Shown piece by piece: positions 1-11,049 of a stretch of 64,000 bases of DNA. The translations under genes and the position numbers were made by a program. Numbering within the stretch: the stretch's first letter is position 1; the number at the start of each line of letters is the position of its first letter. The notes beneath the pieces are model-generated. The model searched no databases and was not told the DNA's origin. It worked only from the letters and a program-made list of their open reading frames with translations. The stretch spans positions 1,116,001-1,180,000 of the forward strand of contig NW_026782072.1 of NCBI RefSeq assembly GCF_031769215.1. The letters run 5' to 3'. Origin of the DNA: Ylistrum balloti. Its lineage: Eukaryota.

Positions 1-544
1 TCGTATACCAACCAAGTCTGTCAGATTAGTCAATATTACTCGGCTATCTGTATAACTGAAACATATCGTTATAACAGGTAAACATGTTCAAAGCGATAGA
101 TGACCGGCATTTGGATGGTAGATTAATTACTAGAGGTTCTGAGAGAATAAATTTACACATACTGACTAAGTATAAGTTTAAGTAAATAGGTATATATATA
201 TATATATATTATACTGCCCATGTCAACTGAAAGACTCACTTGTAAATCATAGCCTTCATGAAAGAGTGTACAAAAGATACAAAGAAACAGTTGAACCTAT
301 CAATTAATTCAACTGCATCCTGCTGCTGTTTTGTCCTTCTAGGACTCGTCATTGATGCTAGGCACCTAGGATGAATGAGGAAGCTTCAATGTGATCAAAG
401 GATATATAAAAACAATTGTCATATGTTTGCTAATTTTAGAATTATGTGTGTATATTCTGAACTACGCCACTATCCGAATGAGTTGGAACGTTTTAGCAAG
501 TTACGGGAATTCTGGTGAGAACTATCAAGTACCTAGAGCATGCC

Positions 545-695
545 TCTCAACGCATTGGAAGTCATCATCAAATATATACATGATTTCGAACCAAATTGGA
601 AGTCATCAAGAAACAAACACGATTTCGAACCGTATTGGAGGTCATCATCAAACACAGACACGATTTCGAACCGTATTGCATCAAGAACAACAATG
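545..695. repeat. Short degenerate tandem repeat, ~39-41 bp unit, ~4 copies
   Basis: GATTTCGAACC recurs at 582, 621 and 662 with similar intervening sequence. The ORFs at 391-725 are by-products of this repeat. Confidence 0.8.
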
Positions 696-744
696 ATCCC
701 CTTAGTTAAACACACATTATTTTAACAAAGTAATAATTATTTGT

Positions 745-1470
745 TTGTATCCCCCTTATTTATACATTGTACTATAAATCCTAGATTATCACAGGATTGT
801 AACGATATTTATACATTGTACTATAAATCCTAGATTATCACAGGATTGTACCCATATTTATACATTGTACTATAAATCCTAGATTATCACAGGATTGTAC
901 CCATATTTATACATTGTACTATAAATCCTAGATTATCACAGGACTGTACCCATATTTATACATTGTACTATAAATCCTAGATTATCACAGGATTGTAACC
1001 ATATTTATACATTGTACTATAAATCCTAAATTATCACAAGATTGTACCCATATTTATACATTGTACTATAAATCCTAGATTATCACAAGATTGTACCCTT
1101 ATTTATACATTGTACTATAAATCCTAGATTATCACAGGATTGTACCCATATTTATACATTGTACTATAAATCCTAGATTATCACGGGATTGTACCCATAT
1201 TTATACATTGTACTATAAATCCTAGATTATCACGGGATTGTAACCATATTTATACATTGTACTATAAATCCTAGATTATCACGGGATTGTATCCTTATCT
1301 ATACATTGTACTATAAATCCTAGATTATCACAGGATTGTATCCTTATTTATACATTGTACTATAAATTCTAGATTATCACGGGATTGTACCCATATTTAT
1401 ATATTGTACTATAAATCCTAGATTATCACGGGATTGTATCCTTATTTATACATTGTACTATAAATCCTAG
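745..1470. repeat. 49-bp minisatellite, ~15 copies
   Basis: Unit TTTATACATTGTACTATAAATCCTAGATTATCACAGGATTGTACCCATA; TATACATTGT at 761 and 810 gives the period. Confidence 0.97.
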
Positions 1471-1587
1471 AGATAAGATCCAGAATATGTTTCTAGCTTT
1501 AGACAACGGTTTCGATTCATTTTCTTATGTTTTTCGGAACACATGCGGTATATATATATAAATGATTTTTGACAAAAGAAGAAAGAC

Positions 1588-1641
1588 GTTACATTTTGCA
1601 CTAGCGCTTTCACTGTATTAGATCTTCAGGTGCATAGTAAC
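1588..1641 (-). ncRNA. Minimal (Penelope-type) hammerhead ribozyme motif, left arm
   Basis: Exact reverse complement of the motif at 1990-2043. Confidence 0.65.
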
Positions 1642-1989
1642 TGTACATAATGGTGTGGCGTCACAACATGTTATTCGATTGGTTTCAGATGAAAAAGTAT
1701 ACAGGGGGAAGATTTGGAAAAAGCCGTCGTTGCATCCTGCTATGTGTCGGCTGATTGGTAGATGTCTATATCTTTCGTGGGATATTTGTTCGCGATGTAA
1801 TGTTACGCGTTTGCGGAGGTTTTCTGTTTCAAAGAGAAGCCAAGGAGTCAGAAATTATAAACATTTTAAAACCAGACTTGAATATTAATGTTTAACCGCA
1901 TTGTAAAGTTTGCAAATTATAATTATGCCCCTTTTATATTATGACGTCATCAACAGATAACATGTTGTGACGCCACATCATTATGTACA

Positions 1990-2043
1990 GTTACTATGCA
2001 CCTGAAGATCTAATACAGTGAAAGCGCTAGTGCAAAATGTAAC
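1990..2043 (+). ncRNA. Minimal (Penelope-type) hammerhead ribozyme motif, right arm
   Basis: UGCAC-CUGAAGA-ucuaauacagu-GAAA-gcgc-UA|GUGCA. Stem I is 5 bp plus a GUUAC/GUAAC extension, stem III is the palindrome AGCGCU, and predicted cleavage is after A2029. Stem II is weak (2 bp with a U-U closing pair). Confidence 0.65.
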
Positions 2044-2096
2044 GTCTTTCTTCTTTTGTCAAAAATCATTTTTATTTATAATTTACTCGCATCTCG

Positions 2097-2132
<36 letters not shown>

Positions 2133-2257
2133 AAAACTTGATTTGACGAGATGCGAGTATATATATATATATATAGTCATTTCCATTTACATACCACTTA
2201 CCAAATTAATGTCATATTACAAGTACATAGTGGTACACGATTGTTCAGCGAAAAATA

Positions 2258-2271
2258 ATTTCCATAGCAAC
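2258..2271 (+). promoter_or_regulatory. RFX X-box-like motif upstream of the GPCR
   Basis: ATTTCCATAGCAAC matches GTTNCCATRGCAAC at 13 of 14 positions and lies ~1 kb upstream of the ATG. Confidence 0.4.
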
Positions 2272-2542
2272 AACGAAATTTGATAGAAAATCACTCGCGG
2301 TCCTTATAAAATAGCTATCATGTTTCGTATTTACCGACAGCATAGCGGCTTTCTAGTTTCAGTTCCATACCAGTTTGTCATTTCCGCTCAAATTGTTATT
2401 TCGTTCTCTTGATGATAACGGGATCTTGTTTATTGAGTTGAATCTTCACCACAAAAAATACAATGTTGTATCATATTGTAAGGTATCGTTTGTTTTATAC
2501 TGTTTATATAAGTAATCGTCAAACTGAAAATAAAAACCTTCA

Positions 2543-2944
2543 CAATATGTGTCTAAGCTATGTATAACACAGAAACTGTTACAAATACCAGCAGTATTGT
2601 ATCTGTTAGAACTGATATATATAACATAGAACAGATACCTAACAATATGTGTCTGAGCTATGTATAACACAGAAACTGTTACAAATACCAGCAGTATTGT
2701 ATCTGTTAGAACTGATATATAACATAGAACAGATACCTAACAATATGTGTCTGAGCTATGTATAACACAGAAACTGTTACAAATACCAGCAGTATTGTAT
2801 CTGTTAGAACTGATATATATAACATAGAACAGATACCTAACAATATGTGTCTAAGCTATGTATAACACAGAAACTGTTACAAATACCAGCAGTATTGTAT
2901 CTGTTAGAACTGATATATATAACATAAAACAGATACCTAACAAT
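2543..2944. repeat. ~100-bp tandem repeat, 4 copies
   Basis: CAATATGTGTCT starts at 2543, 2643, 2741 and 2841; the copies are near-identical. Confidence 0.95.
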
Positions 2945-3263
2945 AAACACGGTTTAGTTTTTTGCTTGTAATTACTATTTTAGCGGGAGGGGGTTTGAGG
3001 GCCGAGTGGGATGGAGAGGGACATACCTGCTACGAAAAAAAAATGAAACATACTTACAGCTTATCGAATTTAGACAACAGTATGGGAAAGGGTATGTATT
3101 TTATTCTCATTTACATTTCTCGTTTATTGTTCCTATTTAATGGTCATATCTAATAATTTTAACTAATGGTAAAGTAATACAGACGCACATTATGATTTCA
3201 GCAAACATTTGATCTCACGGTGTTTTATTTGTTTTACAGTGAGCCACGTTAAACCACACGCCA

Positions 3264-4769
3264 ATGGGAGATGAGATGTTTCCTGTGTCCTTCTCTGTAA
3301 TATTCGCGGTATTGATAGCAGCACAATTTCTCCTTGGACTTGTTCTTAATCTTGGAATTCAGATAAGTGCATTATCACAACAAATCTTCCAGGTGAAGAG
3401 TGGCAACTTGTTTGTTCGGACACTAGGCTGGATCGACGCCCTGATATGCTTAACATTGATGCCCTGTACGTTTGTAATAATTGTACTTTTTCCCAGAGTA
3501 AATATCGTACTGTGTGCCGTTCATGAGGGTGTGATATCAATGTCTATATCGGCAACGACGACATGTGTTTTGTTTATATCTCTGGATCGTTACGGGGCCA
3601 TTGTTACTCCAACTTCTCAACGACTTACACACAGAAATGTCCTCTATATTAACATACTAATTGGCGTGGCCTCGGTTTTGGGGTTTTTGTTCCCTTTGGT
3701 GTGTCTCTGCTTCGTCACTTCCATAGACGTTCTGACACAAATGACATCATCGGGAATGTTTTGTCGTGACCTTTTATTGAACGCAAATTCGGTTTACATC
3801 TACGAAGTGTATTTTATCAGTCTGGCGTCAGTCTCTACCATTACAACTGCGATATGCTACGTGAAAATCTACAGAACCGCTAAAAAGCGGATGAAGGCAA
3901 GACAAACGACTGTAATGAATAACGAGGGTGAAAGGACGGGTGGGCTTAGAATTTTGTTTAAGTTTCATGAACGGAAAACGGTTTGGCTTTCACTGGCAAT
4001 TGTTTTCACATTTTTCCTTTCATGGGGACCTTATATTCTCATCGCTATATTACAGATATTGATGCACATAACACTTCCATTAGAGATGTCTAAAATGGGT
4101 CTTCTATCACTTGGGATGATTTCAACAGTTCTACATCCGATATTCTACACATTTCTCAATAGAAGGGAAAGTCGGCGTGATCAAATGAAACGAATAATGA
4201 TAGACGCTGGTAGTGGAGGTCGATTACGTGAATATCGAAGCCAACAGGAAACGACCTCGGCAGTACAAAGCCTTGTACATAAGACGATTTCACAGAGCAT
4301 CTCGATCGGTGTGGGCAATAAACACGACATGGAAATATTTACAACATGCCAAGAACCGCCAAAAACAAGTTCAAGCGAAACTGATGACGAGGTGTTTGAA
4401 CATGAACACAGCCATTTAAGTGTATCACGGAAATTATTTTCAGGAAGAAAAGACAGACACACCTCCTTTACAGATCATAGCGGACGAGAGTCGTCCATAT
4501 CGGAAGCCAGTGGTAAAAAGCTTCCTTTGTCTTTCCGATTGTCTATTGATCTGGATTACGTGAAATTTCAAAGTGAAACTATTGAAACAGAGAACTGTGC
4601 TCCTGAACCCAGCACAACATCACTTAGCGCCGATAGATGTCAAACTAATTCAACACTTGTCGAAACAGCTGACAGTGTAAGTGTTAATATAGAGTCAGAT
4701 GGAAGACGGAAAGCACGGAATAGCCAGGCCAGTGTAGGACAGTATACAAATGCAGCATTCGAACCTTGA
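3264..4769 (+). CDS. GPR22: Class A orphan GPCR, GPR22-like, intronless CDS, 501 aa
   Basis: Seven hydrophobic segments with LDRY, SWGPY and LHPIFY motifs. IDALICLTLMPCTFVI, CAVHEG and LDRYGAIVTPTSQRLT closely resemble vertebrate GPR22 (LDVIICVGCIPLTIVI, CCFHEA, LDRYDISVKPANRILT, FHPLLY) as I recall it. A splice acceptor GTTTTACAG at 3231-3239 implies a 5' UTR intron. Orthology is from memory, not from a search. Confidence 0.85.
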   Translation: MGDEMFPVSFSVIFAVLIAAQFLLGLVLNLGIQISALSQQIFQVKSGNLFVRTLGWIDALICLTLMPCTFVIIVLFPRVNIVLCAVHEGVISMSISATTTCVLFISLDRYGAIVTPTSQRLTHRNVLYINILIGVASVLGFLFPLVCLCFVTSIDVLTQMTSSGMFCRDLLLNANSVYIYEVYFISLASVSTITTAICYVKIYRTAKKRMKARQTTVMNNEGERTGGLRILFKFHERKTVWLSLAIVFTFFLSWGPYILIAILQILMHITLPLEMSKMGLLSLGMISTVLHPIFYTFLNRRESRRDQMKRIMIDAGSGGRLREYRSQQETTSAVQSLVHKTISQSISIGVGNKHDMEIFTTCQEPPKTSSSETDDEVFEHEHSHLSVSRKLFSGRKDRHTSFTDHSGRESSISEASGKKLPLSFRLSIDLDYVKFQSETIETENCAPEPSTTSLSADRCQTNSTLVETADSVSVNIESDGRRKARNSQASVGQYTNAAFEP

Positions 4770-5289
4770 TAAAGCAGTGCATAATTGAAGAAATTTATTT
4801 CATATTAGCTACACGTACCAATGGCAAGTTTTCTGTGAAAATATCATTTTCCATCCAAAGTTTCCATAGATCTGAAAATAACGTTCAATTATGTTTTAGT
4901 TTTGATAAGAATATCCTACCACCTAGTGATAACGTACAAGGAAGTTCCAATTTGGATATGTGATGTCGTTCCCGCACGTTTGATCTATTGATTTTTAAGA
5001 GCCAAAGGAGATGTGAAAAAGGACGTCAAACCAAACAAGCCACGCAATACCTTTAAATAAGTAATGTCTTCAGAGGAGTAGACAAGGAAAGCCAGTGGCT
5101 GAACATCCTCTTGCAAGAATATGAAAGACATTCTCTTAAAACGCGTGTTATCGTAGTGACAACGTTGGCTAAATTGGACTACCAACTACATCATCTTTCT
5201 TTACTGTACGACCCAATCTAGTAGCCACAGAAAAGTCCAGTTTTCGAAATGTCTACCTGGACGCTAAAGTGTCAAAATCCACTCTTAGG

Positions 5290-5700
5290 TTGCCTGAATC
5301 TTTTTCATTTCTGGACGTTCCCGGTAAAAATCGCCTCTTTTTGTCACTTACTGCTCAAATGTTCCCGATGAGAATATACACTTTTGGGTAGTTAAGATCT
5401 AGTCATGTCCTAGTCGGATGTTCCCGGTGAAAACATCCACTTTTGGGAAGTTTAGATTTTGTCACTTCCTGCTTGGAGGTTCCCGGTGGAAATATAAATT
5501 TTTTGGGAAGTTTAAATTTTGTCAATTACTGCTCGGAGGTTCCCGGTGAATATATCCATTTTTTGGGAAGTTTAGATTTTGTCAATTACTGCTCGGAGGT
5601 TCCCGGTCGAAATATCCATTTATATCAACTTTTGGGAAGTTTAGATTTTGTCACTGACTGCTCGGAGGTTCTCGGTGGAAATATCCACATTTGGGTAGCC
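5290..5700. repeat. 60-bp degenerate tandem repeat, ~6-7 copies
   Basis: TTTTGGGAAG at 5441, 5501 and 5561; each unit contains GTTCCCGGT. Confidence 0.9.
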
Positions 5701-5719
5701 TGGATCTTGCCCTGATCCC

Positions 5720-6508
5720 AGATTACATAGCGATAGCTTCTACACATTAGGCAGTTGGTGTGAAGCTATCTTGCCATATGTTCATTGTAATACACGCATT
5801 GAGGTTGCTCTAATCTGTTAATATTCTCTTGGTGACAGCGTAAGTGTCTTCCGCTTTGATGTTACTTGCCTATCCAACAAAGTATATGTTCTTTGTCGAG
5901 CAACATTGGATGTTACTTTATTTATGATACTTTATAGATATAGAAAATTGAATAAGAGGGAAATTGAATACTGTACATTAGTAAACACGTGTATTCTCTA
6001 TAAGAGATTACGATAGAGCGAAAACCAGGTAATTGTCTTTCAAATAGATTCAAATTTTGAAAATATTTCCACATATTTGCTTAGATGAGAGTATATTATA
6101 TACGTTTGTTTAAAGCCAACTTGACCTACATGTCCATTTATTCAGAATCTCCAGCAGACGTGCATTGGGCTTAATAGCTTAATGTGTTTTATGGGGCAAC
6201 ATCGCGGTTAGTGATGCTTATATAAAGGAGTTGAAGAGATACAAATTAATCAATAGTTGATGATACACGTTTTCTCGTCTAAAACAAATATGACGGCTTT
6301 AGTCATGTGGCTTTTGTTATATAGCCAGGACTTGCAGAAATCTATTTATCAGTTAATGGTTCCAGGTACGTATATTTCTGTGGCTGCGTCGGAAGTATAG
6401 AAAGAGAATATGGTTGCCATTCCGAAAAGTAGACCTTTTCTATGGCCACTTGATTAGGTGTTACATTAAAGATAGATAATGCAGCTGGTTGCCCAATTTA
6501 GCTAGCAT
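5720..6508 (-). pseudogene. Polinton major capsid protein N-terminal relic
   Basis: AALSIFNVTPNQVAIEKVYFSEWQP (6413-6492), then after a frameshift SDAATEIYVPGTIN**IDFCKSWLY (6318-6395) and DVAP*N. These resemble the recalled Maverick capsid pattern SELxLFxVPPTQxxIE...SDxxxIEFxIPG...YIDLxxSxLY...VAPVN. Confidence 0.62.
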
Positions 6509-6949
6509 TATCACTAAGATAACACGTTTCGTCCTTCTTGTTTTGACTTTCCTTATCTGACTGGCATTCTTTAGAGGCGACCTACTAGGTGTGTGTGTCA
6601 CTTTTTTAACGCCCTTTTCACATCTAATTTGGCTCTTTCCAACACGACATCCATTGGTATGCTTCTTTTCCCAAGGAAGTCCTTGGTTCCGTTGCTTGGT
6701 TTTGGGAATAACTGGAATCACGTATGGTTTATTTCTGTACATAACACCTCCGTTAGACGTTCTCCATATCGACATGGATGTACCTCCCCACCAAGTTTTT
6801 TAAAACCTGCACCAATATTTTAGGGTTCGATACGTACAGAGATCCAGTTATGATTGGTACAAATGACACAATAGTTCCTACTTCAAATGAGACGGGTTTG
6901 CTTTTGGAATACTTTATATAGACATAAACGTCCTAAAACTGACCGAGTC

Positions 6950-7360
6950 TAACAGGCCAGTTTTAATCTAATTTAATGAAACTTAAGTTTATAATATATA
7001 ATTTCATCAATATTACAATTAAAATTCATTATCGTGTTCATTAACAACTGAATGATATTACCTACCATTATCTAATTCGTTTCGTTGATTCTTAATTCGG
7101 ACTTTTTTCTCTTTATTCGATGACTTTCACCAGACGAAGCAATATAAAATGTCTATCAACTTTTAGACTTGGCTTACAGGTGTAATATTGGCATAGCTGA
7201 TGTGTAACACAGGCCAGGCTTGTGTAACATAGGCAAAACTGATGTAACATAGGCCAGACTGATGTAACATAGCAAAACTTATGTAACATAGGCCAGACTG
7301 GTGTAACAGGCCAGTTTTAATGAATTTAATCTAATTTTATGAAACTTAAGTTTATAATTG
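6950..7360. repeat. Interspersed non-autonomous repeat with internal tandem subrepeats, copy 1
   Basis: ATTTCATCAATATTACAA...CCAGACGAAGCAAT...ATCAACTTTTAGACT...GCTGATGTGTAACACAGGCCAG is shared with 10215-10705. It is flanked by a direct repeat (AACAGGCCAGTTTTAAT...GAAACTTAAGTTTATAAT). Confidence 0.8.
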
Positions 7361-8421
7361 CTATCTTTCGATACTTTCTGTAAGCATTACTCGTTCAATA
7401 ACTAAGGCTGAAATATATTAGTATCAATTTATAGACCAAGTCTCCCTTCAAGCCGTTGATAGTCATCAACAGGAAAGGTATTTACATTTATTTGTGAATT
7501 TTCCATTTCTGGAAAGTAACACTCCTGGTGTTAGAATGGTTCATTTAATTCAATATTCTGGACTTGTTTCCATCATAACGATTTCCGTGAAGGATGATGA
7601 GATCGTACTGAATAACAAGAATTAACATCTCGGGGTGTTGAGGAGTACAGATGAAGACTAAGTCATTTTATTATCCTTCGGTTTGGCCAACCTGGAGCTA
7701 CATTGCTAATTCCCCAGCTTTCATTTTGAGACAATCAACCAATTTGGATTTATTTAAACTTACAGCCAGGATGTTATCTTTTCAGCAGAACACATTCTCT
7801 CCTTCAGGATTTCTCGTTCAATTCTTGCACTTTTTCAAAGTTTTCGTGAAAATATTTCACGTGTGCATGATTTGTATTCTTTAATCGATTCGAATTAGAA
7901 TTACAACTTAAGGTTGACCTCTGACCTTGAATGTGCACTGCCTGAGATTTTTTGTAGTTCAGTGCCATTTTTCAATTGAAAGGGACATTATTCTAATCAG
8001 GGCACACTAGTCAGACGATTGCTTGTTGGGGAGAAGTGGATGTATGTTTTTCAGGTTGGACCGGACAAAGAATTACAGAAGAAATAAACTAGTACATGTG
8101 TTGAACTCATTTATCTCCTGAAAATCTCAACATTTGAAAAAAATGTCACAATTATAGAAAAGTAAAACAAAATAACGGATGGTGGTTATGAAATTTAACA
8201 AAAGACTAGCACATAGATGTAATGGAATAAACTTCCAAATATTACTGAAATCTCCAGGCAAAACACAACATAATCATAAACATATATCTGTCTCCATGTA
8301 ACGGCACGGAGAAAAACACACTATAAACACAATCTGTAGCATTTACATGTAAAATGTAATAAAATAAATTATACATGTATGTGATAAAGTCGGACGGTAT
8401 AAATCATACAAATTAACCAAC

Positions 8422-9507
8422 AGAGAAGACTTCCTACAGCTTTCATCTCTTGTGATATTCTATATGGGACTGTTTATCAAGCTTTGACCTCTTGTGATAT
8501 TCTACTAGGGACTGTTTATCAAGCTTTGACCTCTTGTGATATTCTATAAGGGACTGTTAATCAAGCTTTGACCTCTTGTGATATTCTACAAGGGACTGTT
8601 TATCAAGCTTTGACCTCTTGTGATATTCTATATGGGACTGTTTATCAAGCTTTGACCTCTTGTGATATTCTATATGGGACTGTTTATCAAGCTTTGACCT
8701 CTTGTGATATTCTACTAGGGACTGTTTATCAAGCTTTGACCTCTTGTGATATTCTATAAGGGACTGTTTATCAAGCTTTGACCTCTTGTGATATTCTATA
8801 TGGGACTGTTTATCAAGCTTTGACCTCTTGTGATATTCTATATGGGACTGTTTATCAAGCTTTGACCTCTTGTGATATTCTATATGGGACTGTTTATCAA
8901 GCTTTGACCTCTTGTGATATTCTACTAGGTACTGTTTATCAAGCTTTGACCTCTTGTGATATTCTATAAGGGACTGTTTATCAAGCTTTGACCTCTTGTG
9001 ATATTCTATATGGGACTGTTTATCAAGCTTTGACCTCTTGTGATATTCTATATGGGACTGTTTATCAAGCTTTGACCTCTTGTGATATTCTATATGGGAC
9101 TGTTTATCAAGCTTTGACCTCTTGTGATATTCTACTAGGGACTGTTTATCAAGCTTTGACCTCTTGTGATATTCTATAAGGGACTGTTTATCAAGCTTTG
9201 ACCTCTTGTGATATTCTACAAGGGACTGTTTATCAAGCTTTGACCTCTTGTGATATTCTATATGGGACTGTTTATCAAGCTTTGACCTCTTGTGATATTC
9301 TATAAGGGACTGTTTATCAAGCTTTGACCTCTTGTGATATTCTACAAGGGACTGTTTATCAAGCTTTGACCTCTTGTGATATTCTATATGGGACTGTTTA
9401 TCAAGCTTTGACCTCTTGTGATATTCTATAAGGGACTGTTTATCATGATTTGACCACTTGTGATATTCTATAAGGGACTGTTTATCAAGCGCTATGAAGT
9501 CTTCTCT
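8422..9507. repeat. 42-bp satellite (~25 copies, 5-unit/210-bp higher-order period) bounded by 12-bp inverted repeats
   Basis: Unit TTGTGATATTCTATATGGGACTGTTTATCAAGCTTTGACCTC. Variant blocks recur at 8568, 8778 and 8988. AGAGAAGACTTC at 8422-8433 and GAAGTCTTCTCT at 9496-9507 form the inverted pair. Confidence 0.95.
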
Positions 9508-10214
9508 ATGTGATTATGTTCATTGCATATATATTCACGACATCACAATATCCATCTCATTACGAGACAAATAGCCCTGTTACGTCTGTGTCTATTATCA
9601 CGATTGGGTCTATTAATGGTGCAACAAAATTTTCTCTATTATCGCAACGTTATATTTAACAGCCAATGTACTGTCCACTGTCCAAAATACATTATATCCT
9701 ATGTGATCTGTTACAATAAACAAATACCTATTAAATATCTACAGCAACCCTACACATACGAATAACGTGTACTGATATAGTTTCTCCTTTGTAGCGGTAT
9801 TTTGTTTATTCAAGCACCATATTACACCACCCTGATTACTAACAAGTCGACACTTAATTCTTAAGGTCATGGCCTATCACAACCTCGGACCGGTATCACA
9901 AATTTTGACATCATACAACTAATCTATAAATATTGCATGTATATCTCATCCTGACAAATGACATGAAATAAATTGTGCTATTACGCTATCAAACATTCGA
10001 AGATCTTTGGATTGTATAAAAAGCATCAAGAAAATACCAACATGTCAAAATAAATCATAATCCAAACTCAAACTCCATAAAACTAGAGCTAAATATGAAC
10101 AAAAGAAAGATTTACATGGAAGCTCCTGAAAAAATATAAGGAGAATAAGACCAGAAGTTCCGGAAGTGTAAGGGTCTTCTGCTTCATCGAAGACACACGC
10201 GATCTTAATCTTAA

Positions 10215-10705
10215 TATATAATTTCATCAATATTACAAATAAAATTTGTTATCGTGTTGATTAACACTTGAATGATATAACCTACCATTTAGTCTATGAT
10301 TATTCATTAGGACCGTTATGTTTTCCTTTTATTCGATTACTTTCCCCAGACGAAGCAATGTAAAATGTCTATCAACTTTTAGACTAGGCTTACTGGTGTA
10401 ATATAGGTATAGCTGATGTGTAACACAGGCCAGACTGACGTAACATAGGAAAAACTTGTGTCACATAGGTAAAATTGATGTAACGCGGGCCAAACTGACG
10501 AAACATAGGCAAAAATAATGTCACATAGGCAAAATTGATGTAACGCGGGCCAGACTGACGGAACATTGGCAAAACTTATGTCACATAGGCAAAATTGATG
10601 TAACGCGGGCCAAACTGACGGAACATAGGCAAAACTTATGTCACATAGGCAAAATTGATGTAACGCGGGCCAAACTGACGGAACATAGGCAAAACTTATG
10701 TTCAT
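10215..10705. repeat. Interspersed non-autonomous repeat, copy 2, with an expanded internal 60-bp array
   Basis: Homologous to 6995-7310. The unit CATAGGCAAAACTTATGTCACATAGGCAAAATTGATGTAACGCGGGCCAAACTGACGGAA is repeated ~4 times. Confidence 0.8.
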
Positions 10706-11049
10706 TAGACATTAGAAAATTCTGTGATGCATTCCTTTCTAACGTTACAATGCAAAAAATGATTTTGTAGGATTATGACCGGTTTTAGTATTCGCAATAC
10801 AAGAGTATTATAGCTGGTGAAATCAAACTAGTAGACAAAAAATTAAACCTTTAAAAATAAAACAGAGAGACATATATCTGGTGGACTTTGCATACCACTA
10901 CACATCCTCGATACTCCATGGGTAACGCCCACTATATCGCTCTCTGCACCCCTAGAACATGACATACTGTCCCTGGCATTCAGCCCAGCAAGTAAGATAG
11001 ATAAGATATATCACATCGCTACAGAGGTCACTGATAAGACTGATAAGCG

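Larger units (their letters stand above)
1549..2175. mobile_element. Penelope-like element 3' fragment with inverted pseudo-LTR arms, inserted in (TA)n
   Basis: 114-bp inverted repeats at 1560-1673 and 1958-2071 (1 mismatch). Minus strand 1830-1675 reads ETENLRKRVTLHREQISHERYRHLPISRHIAGCNDGFFQIFPLYTFSSETNR. Plus strand 1827-1895 reads FQREAKESEIINILKPDLNINV*. Together these form a GIY-YIG C-terminal half. Each arm has a hammerhead motif. A second 16-bp inverted repeat lies at 2084-2099/2144-2159, with (TA)n runs at 1549, 2099 and 2158. Confidence 0.85.
5720..8100 (-). mobile_element. Decayed Polinton/Maverick (adintovirus-like) fragment: integrase C-terminus, minor capsid, core-like ORF, major capsid
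   Basis: Minus-strand peptides interrupted by stops and frameshifts: NGTELQKI (~7950-7975) and EKVQE...VLLKR*HPGCKFK*I (~7760-7845; integrase/chromo-like); IELNEPF*HQECYFPEM (~7503-7555; penton-like); basic ORF 6461-6775; major-capsid motifs at 6320-6490. The order matches animal Mavericks. An unrelated repeat interrupts it at 6950-7360. Confidence 0.6.

Noticed and set aside
1560-2071. MITE with 114-bp TIRs
   Set aside because: The arms contain hammerheads and the interior encodes GIY-YIG fragments, so a Penelope inversion explains it better.
8568-9179. Three identical 63-aa ORFs (MTSCDILYGTVYQAL...)
   Set aside because: A 42-bp unit is a multiple of 3, so open frames arise automatically; the starts are non-ATG and there is no splice or coding signal.
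10130-10200. GTTCCGGAAG...TCTTCTGC motif (also at ~51700) suggesting a mollusc SINE fragment
   Set aside because: Too short to assign; no tRNA-like head or A/B boxes were seen.
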